A DNA stretch of 63,831 nt, counting the filler, from Octopus bimaculoides (Eukaryota), in assembly GCF_001194135.2 (NCBI RefSeq). It is 4 parts of 4 records of this genome, joined end to end, with 100 filler letters (N's around TTAATTAATTAA, not from the genome) between each part and the next. Parts side by side here need not be neighbours in the genome. Positions count along the whole stretch, not along the records: positions 1 to 30,907 come from NC_068988.1; positions 31,008 to 53,272 come from NC_069003.1; 2 more parts are not named here. One strand, 5' to 3'. Positions 25,190-38,059 of this stretch are shown here, in pieces; the stretch's first letter is position 1; each line of letters opens with the position of its first letter. The position numbers were made by a program, and so were the translations under genes. The notes under the pieces were generated by a model. It searched no databases and was not told the DNA's origin. It saw only the letters and a program-made list of their open reading frames with translations.

Positions 25190-26755
25190 AATCGACTCCA
25201 AAAGGAGTTCAAAAACGTCCCACAAGTCAGCAATTCCCAGACATTGGTTAAGTGCATGCAGAATGGGTTTATCGCCCTGCGCATATCTCCGATTTCCGTG
25301 CCTGCAGAGCTTGTCTCGACTCGGCAGAACTATAATGCCTTGTCCCTAAAATCTTTCAGAAAAGACCAGCTAATTGATCTCTCCCAACGCCCACAGTTTC
25401 CCCCAGGCGCTTGCCTGCCACTAATTCCCCATAAAACTCCAATGTTGAACTTCCACCGACTGCATTGCCCAATTGACAGAGGGCTGTGAGCGTTTGCCGA
25501 CACTCCAGGTGCTAAGCGCCATTTCTCGGTGTACGCTTGCTACAAGACAGTGGCTTCTTCACTGAGATGAGCTGTGAAAATCCTGTCGGACAAACGACGA
25601 CCACATCCACTGACCGACAAGGAAATGCTGGAGATGTCGCAGCCTCAGCGCATACCTGCGCATCATTAACCACGGCATGCTCAGTCCTTCACTCAGTGGC
25701 TGCTGGCAGCAGATGGACCCTCTGGCGAGCGGAACACGTCCCTTCTACAGAAAGCTGAAGAGCAAACGTTCCAGCTTGATCAGCCATTAAGCAGGGCAAG
25801 GGATGACGCTCAGATGGTAGTGGATGGCGGAAATGATATACGCATTCACCACCTCCACCCGACTCCTCAGGGACAGCTCGCTCTCTGCCCATTTCCGGTT
25901 GAGACTAGCCACCTCCTCAGATTTTGTCCACCTGGAGGTTCGGACTAAACCAGATCCTGTACAATTTAAGCAGTCCTTCCGTCCAGTGCTCTACGACGCT
26001 GTCAGTAGGCAATGACCTGTCTCTCTAATCTTTACTCCTGTAACCGATTCGTACTCCTTTAAGGTAATGCCGATATCTGAGATGTCCGACACCATTACGA
26101 TGACGTCGTTCGCATAAGTTAACACGAACCTTCCATATCCCAGTTCGCGCGGGATGTCCCTCGAAACACCCAACTTTCGTTACATTTGCTCGAGAGTCAG
26201 CATATGCAGAATGGATAAGAGTGGACATCTTTGACGGACAGAACATGCGATGCTAAACGATTCCGACAAGTGACCATTTATTTAGACCACCGAGCAAATG
26301 TTGCTGTACACTGCAGCGATCCCGCCTCTATAAACGGGACCGAAACAGGCCGCCGCGGGTACAGCTTATAAATATTGGTAATCGACTATACCCAAATTGA
26401 TCATGGCGTCACCCATGTCAGGTTTCTTACCCACCCTCTTTATGATGTAACATACGAGGTGAAAGTGTCTAAATCTGTTTGGAATAGTGCATGTCTGCGC
26501 ATCACCGACAAGCTTATCGACAAGCACCAACCTCTTGGCTAACACCGTACCCAAAACCATATAATCTCCATTCGGTAGAGCTATGGGCCTAAAATTATCT
26601 ATTTGGTCCTCCTTGTTCGGGTCCTTTCTCACCAGCACCACCATGCCGTAGTACCGGGAATTCTCTCGTTCTACTGCCAGTTGCAGTACACATCCGCAAA
26701 GAAATTACCGAACAAATCTGGCATAGGAAAATAAAGCTCGAAGGACAGATATCCA
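25190..26755 (-). mobile_element. L1/Tx1-clade LINE ORF2 relic (RT and downstream region)
   Basis: ELYFPMPDLFG, VVLVRKDPNKEDQIDNFRPIALPN...VLAKRL...DAQTCTIP, and LTYANDVIV (YADD box); frameshifted. Confidence 0.9.
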
Positions 26756-27117
26756 GTTTGCTTTAGAAGCGTTGGGATGTATTATCACAACGCTTCTAAA
26801 GCAAACTTTGTTTACTTCCATCGTAAGTTGAATTTAATGATAGCGTCTTATAAAGCTAGATTTATAAATCCTAAAATTGCAGAACAATTCGTTACTAGGC
26901 AGTTTAGCATAAAGGTAAAGCACTTGACGCGTAATCACAGGGATGTGAATTCGAGTCTCATAGCTGGCCGGTAACGAATTTTTCTGCAATATATGGATAG
27001 TTTATCCTGTTCATTCTATTGTATTAGCATTATCATGAGTTCGAGAATAAATTATGCCGGTATCTTTCAATACATCTCAACGCTTCTAAAGCAAAACTTT
27101 GTTTATTTTCATCATAA
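26756..27117 (+). mobile_element. tRNA-cassette element, copy A: 290-bp unit with terminal direct repeats and a 28-bp inverted tail
   Basis: CAACGCTTCTAAAGCAAA at 26788 and 27078; whole unit homologous to 55061-55424; right end runs into (TA)n. Confidence 0.85.
26898..26969 (+). tRNA. tRNA-Thr(CGT)-like pseudogene, copy A
   Basis: 72 nt fitting a cloverleaf: TAGCATAAAGGTAAAGC D-arm/A-box, loop CG-CGT-AA, T-loop TTCGAGT, T5 tract ~10 nt downstream. G33 and a weak anticodon stem argue against a translational role. Confidence 0.75.
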
Positions 27118-27121
27118 ATAA

Positions 27122-27167
<46 letters not shown>

Positions 27168-27174
27168 AAACAGG

Positions 27175-27325
27175 GGACCGGAAAAGAATTGGTACATAAT
27201 TTATCGACCATGAAAAGATGAAAGGGAAAGTCGACCTCGGCGGAATTTGAACTCAGAATGTAGCGACAGACGAAATACTGGTAAGCATTTCGCCCGGCGT
27301 GCTAACGTTTCTGCCAGCCCGCCGC
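27175..27325 (-). mobile_element. tRNA-derived SINE (core family)
   Basis: Reverse complement GCGGCGGGCTGGCAGAAACGTTAGCACGCCGGGCGAAATGC...GTTCAAATTCCGCCGAGGTCGAC. Confidence 0.9.
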
Positions 27326-27332
27326 ATTTATA

Positions 27333-27363
<31 letters not shown>

Positions 27364-28079
27364 ATGTGTGTGTGTATATCTCTTTATGTATCTGTCTATT
27401 TATCTATTACACATGCACACGCCACACACGAGCGCACATCTTTTGCCTATCAAGGATTATATTGTTACATTGCTCAGTGTGGACCTAACATCTTTTTAAA
27501 ACGTTGGTGGGGGGGGGGGGGTAACTAGGAGAGATTTGACTGCTATTTCTATATGGTCAGGTGTGTGCGTAAGAGTAACTTTTCTTTTTTTTTTTTACAT
27601 TGGCACGCTTGAGATGTTGATATTGCTGTTGTTATGAAGACAGCGAGCTGGCTGAATCGCTAGNNNNNNNNNNNNNNNNNNNNNNNNNNNNNNNNNNNNN
27701 NNNNNNNNNNNNNNNNNNNNNNNNNNNNNNNNNNNNNNNNNNNNNNNNNNNNNNNNNNNNNNNNNNNNNNNNNNNNNNNNNNNNNNNNNNNNNNNNNNNN
27801 NNNNNNNNNNNNNNNNNNNNNNNNNNNNNNNNNNNNNNNNNNNNNNNNNNNNNNNNNNNNNNNNNNNNNNNNNNNNNNNNNNNNNNNNNNNNNNNNNNNN
27901 NNNNNNNNNNNNNNNNNNNNNNNNNNNNNNNNNNNNNNNNNNNNNNNNNNNNNNNNNNNNNNNNNNNNNNNNNNNNNNNNNNNNNNNNNNNNNNNNNNNN
28001 NNNNNNNNNNNNNNNNNNNNNNNNNNNNNNNNNNNNNNNNNNNNNNNNNNNNNNNNNNNNNNNNNNNNNNNNNNNNNNN

Positions 28080-28650
28080 NNAAATGCTTAACGTCATTTC
28101 TTCCGACTTATGTCCTGAGTTCAAATGCCACCGATGTCCTTTCATCCTTTCGGGTCGATGGTCGATGAAATAAGTACCAGTTGAGCACTGGGGACCATGT
28201 AAACGACTTATACTCTGCTCCGAAATTGCTGGCCTTGTGCCAAAATTTGAAATCGATATTGTTGTGTTATTCAGGCGGCGACTTGACAGAATTCTTACCA
28301 CAACCCGACAAAATATTCAACTGCATATCTTCTGATTTTACGTTCTGAGTTCAAATTCCGCCGAGGTCGATTTTATCTTTCATTCGTTCAGGCTTCCTAA
28401 ATAATTACCAGTTGAGCACTGGAGTCGATGTAACCAACTTGCCCGCTCCTTCTAAATTTCAGCCCTTGTGTCAAGAGTAGAAAAGATTGTTATATTACTA
28501 TAATTAAGGCGACAGCTGGCAGAACCATTAGCACGATGGACAAATTGCTTAGCGGTATTTCGTCTGTCTTTATGTTCTGAGTTCAAATTCCACCGAGGTC
28601 GAACTTTGCCTTTTATCCTTTCGGGGTCGATAAAGCAAGTACTAGTTGAA
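28080..28650 (+). mobile_element. Three tandem SINE copies (core family)
   Basis: Repeated GAGTTCAAAT.CC.CCGA.GTC / CCTTTCATCCTTTCGGG blocks at ~28110, ~28350 and ~28580. Confidence 0.85.
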
Positions 28651-29184
28651 CGGAAAGGATATTCACTGTTGTTACTGTTCACCGTGGTGGTGGCGGTGGT
28701 GATAGTGGTGAAGGTGGTAGTAGTAGTAGTGGTGGAAGCTGTAGTGAAAGCATTGCTTTTCATGTTACTGTTGTTCTTGGTGGTGGTGGTGGTGATGGTG
28801 ATGATGTCCATATGGTGTGTGAGGCGAAACCACGGGGGAAACGAACTGAATATATCAAAACAGATGTGGTGCAATTAATTGGTTTTATAATAAGATACTT
28901 CTACCATGTGTATAGGTAGGGTACTGTTTACAATACACTATATTACTCCCTTCTCTTCTCTCTTTCTCGCCTTTTCTCTCTACCTCTCTCTCACCCCCTC
29001 ATCTATTCCCTTTTCACAGATATACATTTTCACACGCACTCATATCTATCTGTCTATCTATCTATCTATCTATCTATCTACATGCACACACACACACACA
29101 CATATATACATTATATATGCGTGTGTATGTATGTGTGTATACATACATACATACATATGCATATATACATATATATATCAACAT

Positions 29185-29255
<71 letters not shown>

Positions 29256-29827
29256 NNNNNNNNNNNNNNNNNNNNNNNNNNNNNNNNNNNNNNNNNNNNN
29301 NNNNNNNNNNNNNNNNNNNNNNNNNNNNNNNNNNNNNNNNNNNNNNNNNNNNNNNNNNNNNNNNNNNNNNNNNNNNNNNNNNNNNNNNNNNNNNNNNNNN
29401 NNNNNNNNNNNNNNNNNNNNNNNNNNNNNNNNNNNNNNNNNNNNNNNNNNNNNNNNNNNNNNNNNNNNNNNNNNNNNNNNNNNNNNNNNNNNNNNNNNNN
29501 NNNNNNNNNNNNNNNNNNNNNNNNNNNNNNNNNNNNNNNNNNNNNNNNNNNNNNNNNNNNNNNNNNNNNNNNNNNNNNNNNNNNNNNNNNNNNNNNNNNN
29601 NNNNNNNNNNNNNNNNNNNNNNNNNNNNNNNNNNNNNNNNNNNNNNNNNNNNNNNNNNNNNNNNNNNNNNNNNNNNNNNNNNNNNNNNNNNNNNNNNNNN
29701 NNNNNNNNNNNNNNNNNNNNNNNNNNNNNNNNNNNNNNNNNNNNNNNNNNNNNNNNNNATACGCACATGCGTATTTAGATACGTCCTGTGTGGATATGTA
29801 TAAGCGTATGTGTGTGTGTGTGTGTGA

Positions 29828-29858
<31 letters not shown>

Positions 29859-30951
29859 GTGTGTGTGTATGTGTGTGTGCTAGACATTGGAAATTTTAGT
29901 GATACAAAACCCCGCAAGAAATGATTTCTGAAGGTTTGACAGAAGGTTGAGGAGTGTAAAGGCATTAATTCTTCAAGGATTAGGCCCCACTTTCTTTAAC
30001 CCCAGCCCACAAGATATCCAATCCACATAAACAAAAATAAACAAAAAACCCCACTCATATACAAATAAAATCACATAACAAATATAATAAAATAGTGATT
30101 CTAGAATAGGTCACCCTCCCCTCCTTTCTACTAACGAACAAATAAATAGTTAACCAAAAATAAAAATAAAATACAAAGAAAAAGGAAAGCAAAAACAGCA
30201 AATGTACATTCCCACCCACCACATCTGAAATAAAATAGCAAAAATCTAATGATTACGAAAGACCCTGAAAGAAAACAAAGAACTTTAATTAAGTATATAT
30301 GAAAATAAACCGTGGAAGAGGTATTTTGAGAGGGATGGGGGTTATACAGGTAGAAAAGTTTGAGAATGAAATAACGGTAAACGGAACGTAATTAGAATTC
30401 TTTCACTACCACCCCACGAAAATATACACACGCATATATGGAAGTATATCTGTTTGGCTACTGGTACTCGGTCGGTTACGACGACGGGTGTTCCAGTTGA
30501 TCCGATCAACGGAACAGCCTGCTTGTGAAGTTAATATGCAAGTGGATGAACGGCTGTTACTTCCTATTTGCTTACCCCTAATATGTATGAAAAATGGCTA
30601 ATATTTCCTTCAAACTTTGCTTTTGTTACATTTATTCAAGCCCCAAAGAATCTCTCATAATATATGGCTATGATGCCTCTCCCACTATTCCTGCTCATGA
30701 TCAGAAGAGAACATCTTCGAGTGATTAAGGTCAAGCAACTGACTATTAGATCTGTGGTACTTAGCGCTGAATCTGTCTGAAAAGTAATGGAAAATAGGTT
30801 AGGTTCAAAACATTGTTGTCCAGGTCACAAAAGCAAAGTTTGAAGGAAATAATATAGTCATTTCTTTAGATTTCTAAACAGAAGCAAATTAGAAATAACA
30901 CTTACTGNNNNNNNNNNNNNNNNNNNNNNNNNNNNNNNNNNNNNNNNNNNN

Positions 30952-30963
30952 TTAATTAATTAA
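30952..30963. other. Assembly spacer TTAATTAATTAA centred in a 100-bp N gap (also 53317-53328 and 62231-62242)
   Basis: Exactly 44 N + 12 bp + 44 N at three sites; the 12-mer has stop codons in all six frames. Confidence 0.95.
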
Positions 30964-31009
30964 NNNNNNNNNNNNNNNNNNNNNNNNNNNNNNNNNNNNN
31001 NNNNNNNTA

Positions 31010-31345
31010 TTTGCTCAGCTTTTGGTAGGTCTTCACAGATACATTTATGTCAACTAGGACAGCAATATTAACGAGGAAGCATCATTCTTGTCTGGAACTC
31101 TTCAATATAATGTCTGGCATATTTGCATCTACCTTTTTGTCAGTTTGAATGGTGAAGTTCCCAAGGAGTGAGATGTGAGCATTTTCAGGCATTGTAGGTA
31201 GTTTGTGTTCCACCAGTTTTTATCATGGGGAAGGTCCAGGTTTTTGCAAATTACTCAGTGAATATATGGTGCCACTCTATCATGCCTGTTGAGATACTTT
31301 GTTGGCACGAGAATGCTGCACATGGAGACACATAGAGAATATCTG
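31010..31345 (-). mobile_element. R4/Dong-type zinc knuckle/RLE relic
   Basis: CSILVPTKYLNRHDRVAPYIH*VICKNLDLPHDKNWW matches C..LA...Y..RHD.VA.YIHW.IC; downstream sequence is degenerate RLE. Confidence 0.75.
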
Positions 31346-31435
31346 TCAAAACATTAACTAAATTAGAAGTCTGTTTTACAATTAATTTGATTATAAGATG
31401 ATGTATATTTAAAAGTATTTTGACACTGTTTACAG

Positions 31436-31473
31436 ATTAAGATATTTTGGGGATTACATAGACAATATTTTAT
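31436..31473 (+). CDS. Candidate small exon (phase 2 to 1): LRYFGDYIDNIL(C)
   Basis: TTTACAG acceptor and AT|GTAAGA donor. The final T joins GT at 32669 to give TGT (Cys). A weaker alternative acceptor lies at 31416. Confidence 0.5.
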
Positions 31474-32024
31474 GTAAGATAGGGGCAGTACCCATGAGCG
31501 CTATTTTTTGAATTCCTTCTTTTTTGGATTTCCTGGTATCTGAGATAGGTAGCAATCAACCCCTTTTGCTATCATTCCTAGGGCAGCTATGACAACAGGT
31601 ATTGTTTTAGCCTTGGTGTTCCACATTTTGCCAATTTCTATTTCAAGAACATTTGTGTCAATTAGGACATTCATATTAATGAGGAGACATGATTATTGTC
31701 AGAAATCCTTCAATATAATGTCTGCACTATTTATTATTATTGTTATTTTATTATTATTGTTATTTTATCATCTTGATGGTGTTGAGATTACTAAAATAAA
31801 GTACCAATATTGGGTTGATGGTAGTCTCTAAATCCATACACTCGAAATTGCTGGCCTTGTGCCTAAAATCAAAAACTCTTCTTCTTCTTCTTCTTCTCCT
31901 CCTCCTCCTCCTGGTGTTGGGCTAATGTGGGCTGATGTGATATGCATAGTAGTTAGGGACATAAACAATTTATCCAACAACTCCATTATTTGACTAGCTT
32001 ATGATAGTGTTGTTATTGTTGTTG

Positions 32025-32577
<553 letters not shown>

Positions 32578-32668
32578 TGTTATTGTTATTTTTGTTGTTG
32601 TTTACCAAAGTTCTGAAGTCTTTGATATTCTTCCTTTCTGTGTGGATTGTCCATTATTAAACCCCCAG

Positions 32669-32853
32669 GTACGGTGTACACCAGGGACAACCTCCTGTTA
32701 AACTGTTCCTACAATAAACTCAAAAACGCTGACACCAACGAGGCCGACATCTTGCAGCACATTCTGGATGTGATGAATGGCAAGGCTACTGGCATGGTGG
32801 ACACTTTGAAGATGCTCCAGCTGGACAGTGATAACACTTTTTATAATGGACAA
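32669..32853 (+). CDS. Exon A of uncharacterised PAN/apple-domain gene (phase 1 to 0): TVYTRDNLLLNCSYNKLKNADTNEADILQHILDVMNGKATGMVDTLKMLQLDSDNTFYNGQ
   Basis: CCCCCAG acceptor and CAA|GTATGT donor; 61 open codons of protein-like composition; in phase with the next exon. Confidence 0.85.
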
Positions 32854-33277
32854 GTATGTTGTTTCATTTCTTCTTTCCTACCACTTCCCAAATCCACTCC
32901 ATCACCAACACCATCACGACCACAACCAATCCCCAACACAGATGAACACTTCATGTATTCAGCACAGTACATAGAAGATTGTTTATCCCTATATATCTAT
33001 GTAAGAGGCAAACTTTTTAGAATTGCAAAATTTTTATGTGCTGGAGCAACATAAAAAGCACTCAGTCTGCTCTGCAAAGTGGTTGGCATCAGGAAGGGAA
33101 ACCAGTTGTAGAGGTCATGCCAAAGCAGACAGTGGAACTTGGTACTGTCCTCTGGCTTACTAGGTCCTAACAAACCATCCAACCCATGCCACCACAGAAG
33201 ACAGGTGTTGAATGTTGATGATGATGATGATAATGATGATGATTGTGCATGCGTGTATGTATGTGTACAAGTGTGAA

Positions 33278-33470
33278 GGCACATAGCTTAGTGGTTAGGA
33301 TATTCGGCTCACGATCGTAAGGTTGTGAGTTCGATTCCTGGCGACGCGTTGTGTCCTTGGGCAAGACACTTTATTTCACGTTGCTCCAGTCCACTCAGCT
33401 GGCAAAAATGAGTAGTACCTGTATTTCGAAGGGCCGGCCTTGTCATGCTGAGTCTCCCTGAGAACTACAT
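33278..33470 (+). mobile_element. Young tRNA-derived SINE (second family)
   Basis: GGCACATAGCTTAGTGGTTAGG A-box and GAGTTCGATTCC B-box; CpGs retained. Confidence 0.9.
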
Positions 33471-34442
33471 GAGGCTTCCTTCAGTTACAATCCAGAGAGA
33501 GTTTTATATCTCATTTGCATCATAATATATTACATACTTTCTGTTTTTTTCCTGGAAATCTTCCAGATAGGAATATCTTTGTCTGATCATTCAAATTGCT
33601 GATGGAAAAACTTGTACTAAATTATTTCCTTTTTATTTCATTTTACTCTTGTTTTCTAGCGTACTTTGAGAAAAGTGTTGTGTGATGTTTTTATATCGAA
33701 GAAGGCAATTCAAACAAAATCAGGAGCAATTAAAAATGTTACGTTTGAGTATTATTTCATGACAGTAAGTAGATTTAATAGTTTCTCTTCTTTTCTTTTT
33801 TTTTGCTGCTTTTGTGGATTCCCAACACCCTCTGTCATCATCCAATCCCATTATTATGAATTTGAATTGGGAACTTGAGTCATAGTGGATCTTTCATTTG
33901 CTGATTACACAACCATGGATGCCACTCCTATAGATGTGTTGCAGTTACTCTCTTGGTGATTCTGATCATTGATCTTCTGAGATTCTTCCCTTCAGCATCG
34001 ATGTATGAAGCACTATTGGCTCAGTTGAGCTCTTCTGCTACCACTTCACAATCTGCCATGCTGCAGTTCCATGACTTCTCCCTAGCAGGGTGGCTGAATG
34101 GGTGCCATGCCTTACCAAAGAGCAGCCTGTAACTATGCTGGACATGGTCACCACTCTGTGAGGTATTTACAAAATACTCACTTCTTTAATTAACCACAAC
34201 TGAGTTGTATCTCCCAATGCTATGCCAAAAGTCTTTGTCTCCCTTTAGCTTTGCTAGATCCTCAATTTGTGTTATGTGGCTCTATCAATAACATCAATGT
34301 AGCTGAGTGGTCTTCATCCTCCATTAGGGTGTTTAAGTTTCCAAAATATAACATCTGATATGGCTTGGTGTCTAGCATGATAACTGTCAGTATTAACAAA
34401 ACATACTTCTAGACAGTTGCTTAGATAAATACTCAACAAAGC

Positions 34443-34608
34443 AGAAAGATAAATTTTATTCAACACGTAAATACTGAACAGTATATATAAAGGATAAAAT
34501 CCTTTTAAGAGCGGAAAAATTTGCTGGCAAATTTTTCTGCTTTTAAAAGACTTTTATCCTTTATATATACTGTTCAGTATTTATGCGTTGAATAAAATTT
34601 ATGTTTCT
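34443..34608. repeat. 166-bp palindrome (82-bp arms, 2-nt centre), fold-back derivative of the tRNA-cassette element
   Basis: Arms are reverse complements with ~7 mismatches. The right arm plus the next 60 bp are collinear with the post-tRNA half of copies A and B. Confidence 0.9.
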
Positions 34609-36059
34609 ATTAGTTCTACAATACATTTCAATGCTTCAAAAACAAACGTGTGTTTGTTTACACATGACATACTCAACAAAGTGTTTTGTTTTGCAAGTTA
34701 CTTGGTGAACTTGCCAGTGCTGGAGCAACATAAAAAGCACTCAGTAGTCTGCACTTCCAAGTGGTTGGCATCAGGAAGGGCATCCAGCTACAGAAACCAT
34801 GCTCAAGCAGCAGACAAACTTACCATATTTGATGGCATAAAAGACACATAGATATATTTGACTCCCCACCTCCACTCATTTCAGTAGCACATATTGAAGA
34901 AAAGGAATTTTACATGCATTAGAGCATGCAATATTTAAAGTAATTTCAAACATAGGGCCTGAGAGTGTTTTCTGAGACATTTTTGTGGAAAAACAGTGCA
35001 TCAAATATGGTACCTTGTATTGAACAATAATTGTAGAGATTTAATTGCTTGGTGAACACTGTAGAAGAGAAAGTAAGTTGCGTGATGATCCACTTGTCCA
35101 ATTTGGTATTAGTTCCTGGGGTAAACTGGTTCATTTCTTTCTATTCATGTTTTTGATGTTTATTTGAAAGACAGGAATGACAACAATGCTCAATTAGTAG
35201 CTATCTTCTAAATTCATTTAGAAATGAGGAAAATCTATCTGATTGTCATTGCCAAAAGGGAAACTTACTTTGGTGCTGTTTATCATAGCAGTCTTTATCA
35301 TTAGTAAGGTGAGCCAAATTTTGGTGACAGCAGGTATTAGATATAAAAGTACAGCCACTGCTGAGCATAAATATAAAGCTAGGAGGGGAGATAAGCCCAC
35401 AGTCATGAGGGGAGATAAAGCACTACCAAACATGAACCCTCATCTACTATTGAAATGTAAATCTATATCTAGCATTGGCTATAAATGCAATTCTGGTCGA
35501 CAGACACAATTGGACATAGGTAAATCCAAATCCACCTCTGGATATGAACCCACAATAGTTTCAGAATATATATCCACAGCCACTACTGGGCATGTGATTA
35601 TGTTCACTACTCAACACATTTACTGAAGCCATTTGCTCCCTTTGGAGCATAAACCAGTGATGACTTATCTCTGCTTTTCTCTCATTGGAGCTGTCTTTTC
35701 CACTTCTTTGCAGTTGGATTCCCTTTCAGGTTTTATTGATTCACATTATATGTTTCCCTGAGAGAAGACCTACTTCTTTCAAGTCTTGGTGGTTTTGTAT
35801 TTTCATCACTGCATCTGTAACTCTTTTTTGCTTTTTTCTCCAAGGAGTATTCCCTATGAACTGTTCAACATGAGAAGCTCTGTCAGGAGCTTGTGCTCCA
35901 CTAGCATAAGTCTTAGGGTCACTGAAGCACACAATGTCCCATGCTGCAACAAGAACTGCATCCTGTAGTGAACAGCTACCACTGGATGCATTTATATCTA
36001 CAGCCAGTGTTGGTCAGAAACCCATACCAGCTGGTGCACATAAATCTACATCAACAGGC

Positions 36060-36430
36060 ACAGGCATGGGTGCATGGTAAGAAGCTTGCTTCCAAACCAC
36101 ATAGTCCTGGGTTCACTCCCACTGTATGGCAGCTTGGGCAAGTGTCTTCTACTATAGCCTCAGGCCAACCAAAGCCTTGTGAGTAAATTTGGCAGACAGA
36201 ATCTGAAAGAAGTCTGTTGTATACACACACACACACACACACATATATATGTATGTGTGTGTGTGTGTGTGTCCACCATTGCTTGAGAACAGGTGTTGGT
36301 GTGTTTGTGGCTCCAATAGAATAAGTACTAGACTTAAAAAGAAGTCCTGGGGTTGAATTGCATGACTAAAGCCTTCAAGGCAGTGCCCCAGCATGGCCTT
36401 TGTTTAATGACTGAAACAAGTAAAAGACAA
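36060..36430 (+). mobile_element. Bipartite SINE (third family) with internal (CA)/(TG) microsatellite
   Basis: GGTAAGAAGCTTGCTTCCAAACCACAT...GGCAAGTGTCTTCTACTATAGCC...; other copies at 23330-23670(-), 54810-55620(-), 56555-56850(+) and 60720-61150(-). Confidence 0.85.
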
Positions 36431-36617
36431 AAGGTAAAAGATCCACAATCAAACATGAATCGATTTATACGTGTCCACTATTGGACATGTAAACACAGTC
36501 ACTAATGGACTTACATCCACTATCAATATGCTGAATAAAACCATTCAAAGATCCATACTTGAAGATCTTATTTATTTATTTATTTATTTATTTATTCTTC
36601 TGTTTATTTGTTTGTAG

Positions 36618-36713
36618 AATGACTGGCACTTGATTCCTGATAGGGGTGGGCTTGAAAATATCATCACACAAATTCCAATGATGCTGGAGATTTCCTACAT
36701 CGATAATGTAAAG
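36618..36713 (+). CDS. Exon B (phase 0 to 0): NDWHLIPDRGGLENIITQIPMMLEISYIDNVK
   Basis: TTTGTTTGTAG acceptor and AAG|GTGAGT donor; 96 bp open. Confidence 0.88.
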
Positions 36714-36811
36714 GTGAGTCGTCAGTATGTGAGAGTTGAGAGGAGACAAGCTGGAGAGGATAAAGCTAGAGAGAAGCTAATGTTAATGAGTGTTTGTGTG
36801 TGCACGTATGT

Positions 36812-36874
<63 letters not shown>

Positions 36875-37171
36875 AGAGATATCAAAGTAAATAATCTTTT
36901 TGAGAACATAACGATTTATAGTGTTGTATCTAACTCCAACTTAACCCCACCAAATGAAAACAGCATTGGAAAGTGTTGTGGTTCACATCCTCCTTCTCCC
37001 TAAGCATAGAATTGTGTGCATGCAAGATCTTCCTTAGTTTAGAAGATAAACACTTTCCTTGTATGAACAGCATCTATAAAATATTTAAAAGATACACTTT
37101 AAGAGTTTCTTTAAGCTGTGTACTCAGTATAAAGAAAACATTAGCTGGTAGGCCCACACTATATGTTCCTT

Positions 37172-37483
37172 AACGGCCACTGCGACACAGATACAGTCAT
37201 ATATGAGGATGGGGGGTTGGGGAAGTAAAATGTGCAGAAATATGTGGGTGTGGCAGAATATACTTTCAGAATCAAATTTAACAACCATAGGTACTCCTTT
37301 AATATCCAGAAGAGACACAATGTCAAAACCTTGACTAGGTATGTAAGATCATTGAAAGAAAGTGCCATGGATTACAAAATCAAGTGGAGAGTTCAGAAGT
37401 GCAAGCCTAACTTCAACAGTAACAGAAAGTGCAGGCTAAGTTTAGCCAAGAAACCCAGACACCTACCTAAACTGCAAGAGTGA
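37172..37483 (+). mobile_element. Penelope-like element GIY-YIG endonuclease relic
   Basis: GHCDTDTVIY...KYVGVAEYTFRIKFNNHRYSF...TLTRYVRSLKE...YKIKW...CRLSLAKK fits the PLE pattern YIG.TE..FK.R..NH..SF...T.LS.Y.W.LK...IKW...C.LCL.EK. Confidence 0.8.
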
Positions 37484-37977
37484 ACTTCTAAGTTCTTGCC
37501 TATGTAAAAACAAAAAACAAAAACAAAAAACGTGATTGCTTACCTTGGGCTCTACCATAATTATAAATGCTAGAGATTCCACCTTAAGCCCTTCCACTCT
37601 CATAGCCTGAGAATCCAGTAAAGCTTTAATCACTTCAACCCACTTTTACTGGCAATCACACTCACTCTTTTAATTGCCTCCTGTGACTTTGTTTTGTTTT
37701 TCTCACATTACTCACAAACCAATTTTGCTACTTTCTCACCTCCCATAATAGAGATCAGTTGCTAATTTTTCTATACCAGTCAACTCTGAGTGCAATTATT
37801 GGGTAATCATCTGATTACCTAATATCCTTTGTGAAATAGATTGGTAAGATTGGCTGAAAAGGATCTATAATAGTGTATATTTTGATTGATATACCCACTC
37901 TATTGACAAATATACAAGTGCTTATTATATACATACATACATACATGCATACATACATGCATACATACATGCATACA

Positions 37978-38010
<33 letters not shown>

Positions 38011-38059
38011 GCATACATACATACATATATAAAATCGAAATAAGCAACAGGATATTGAG

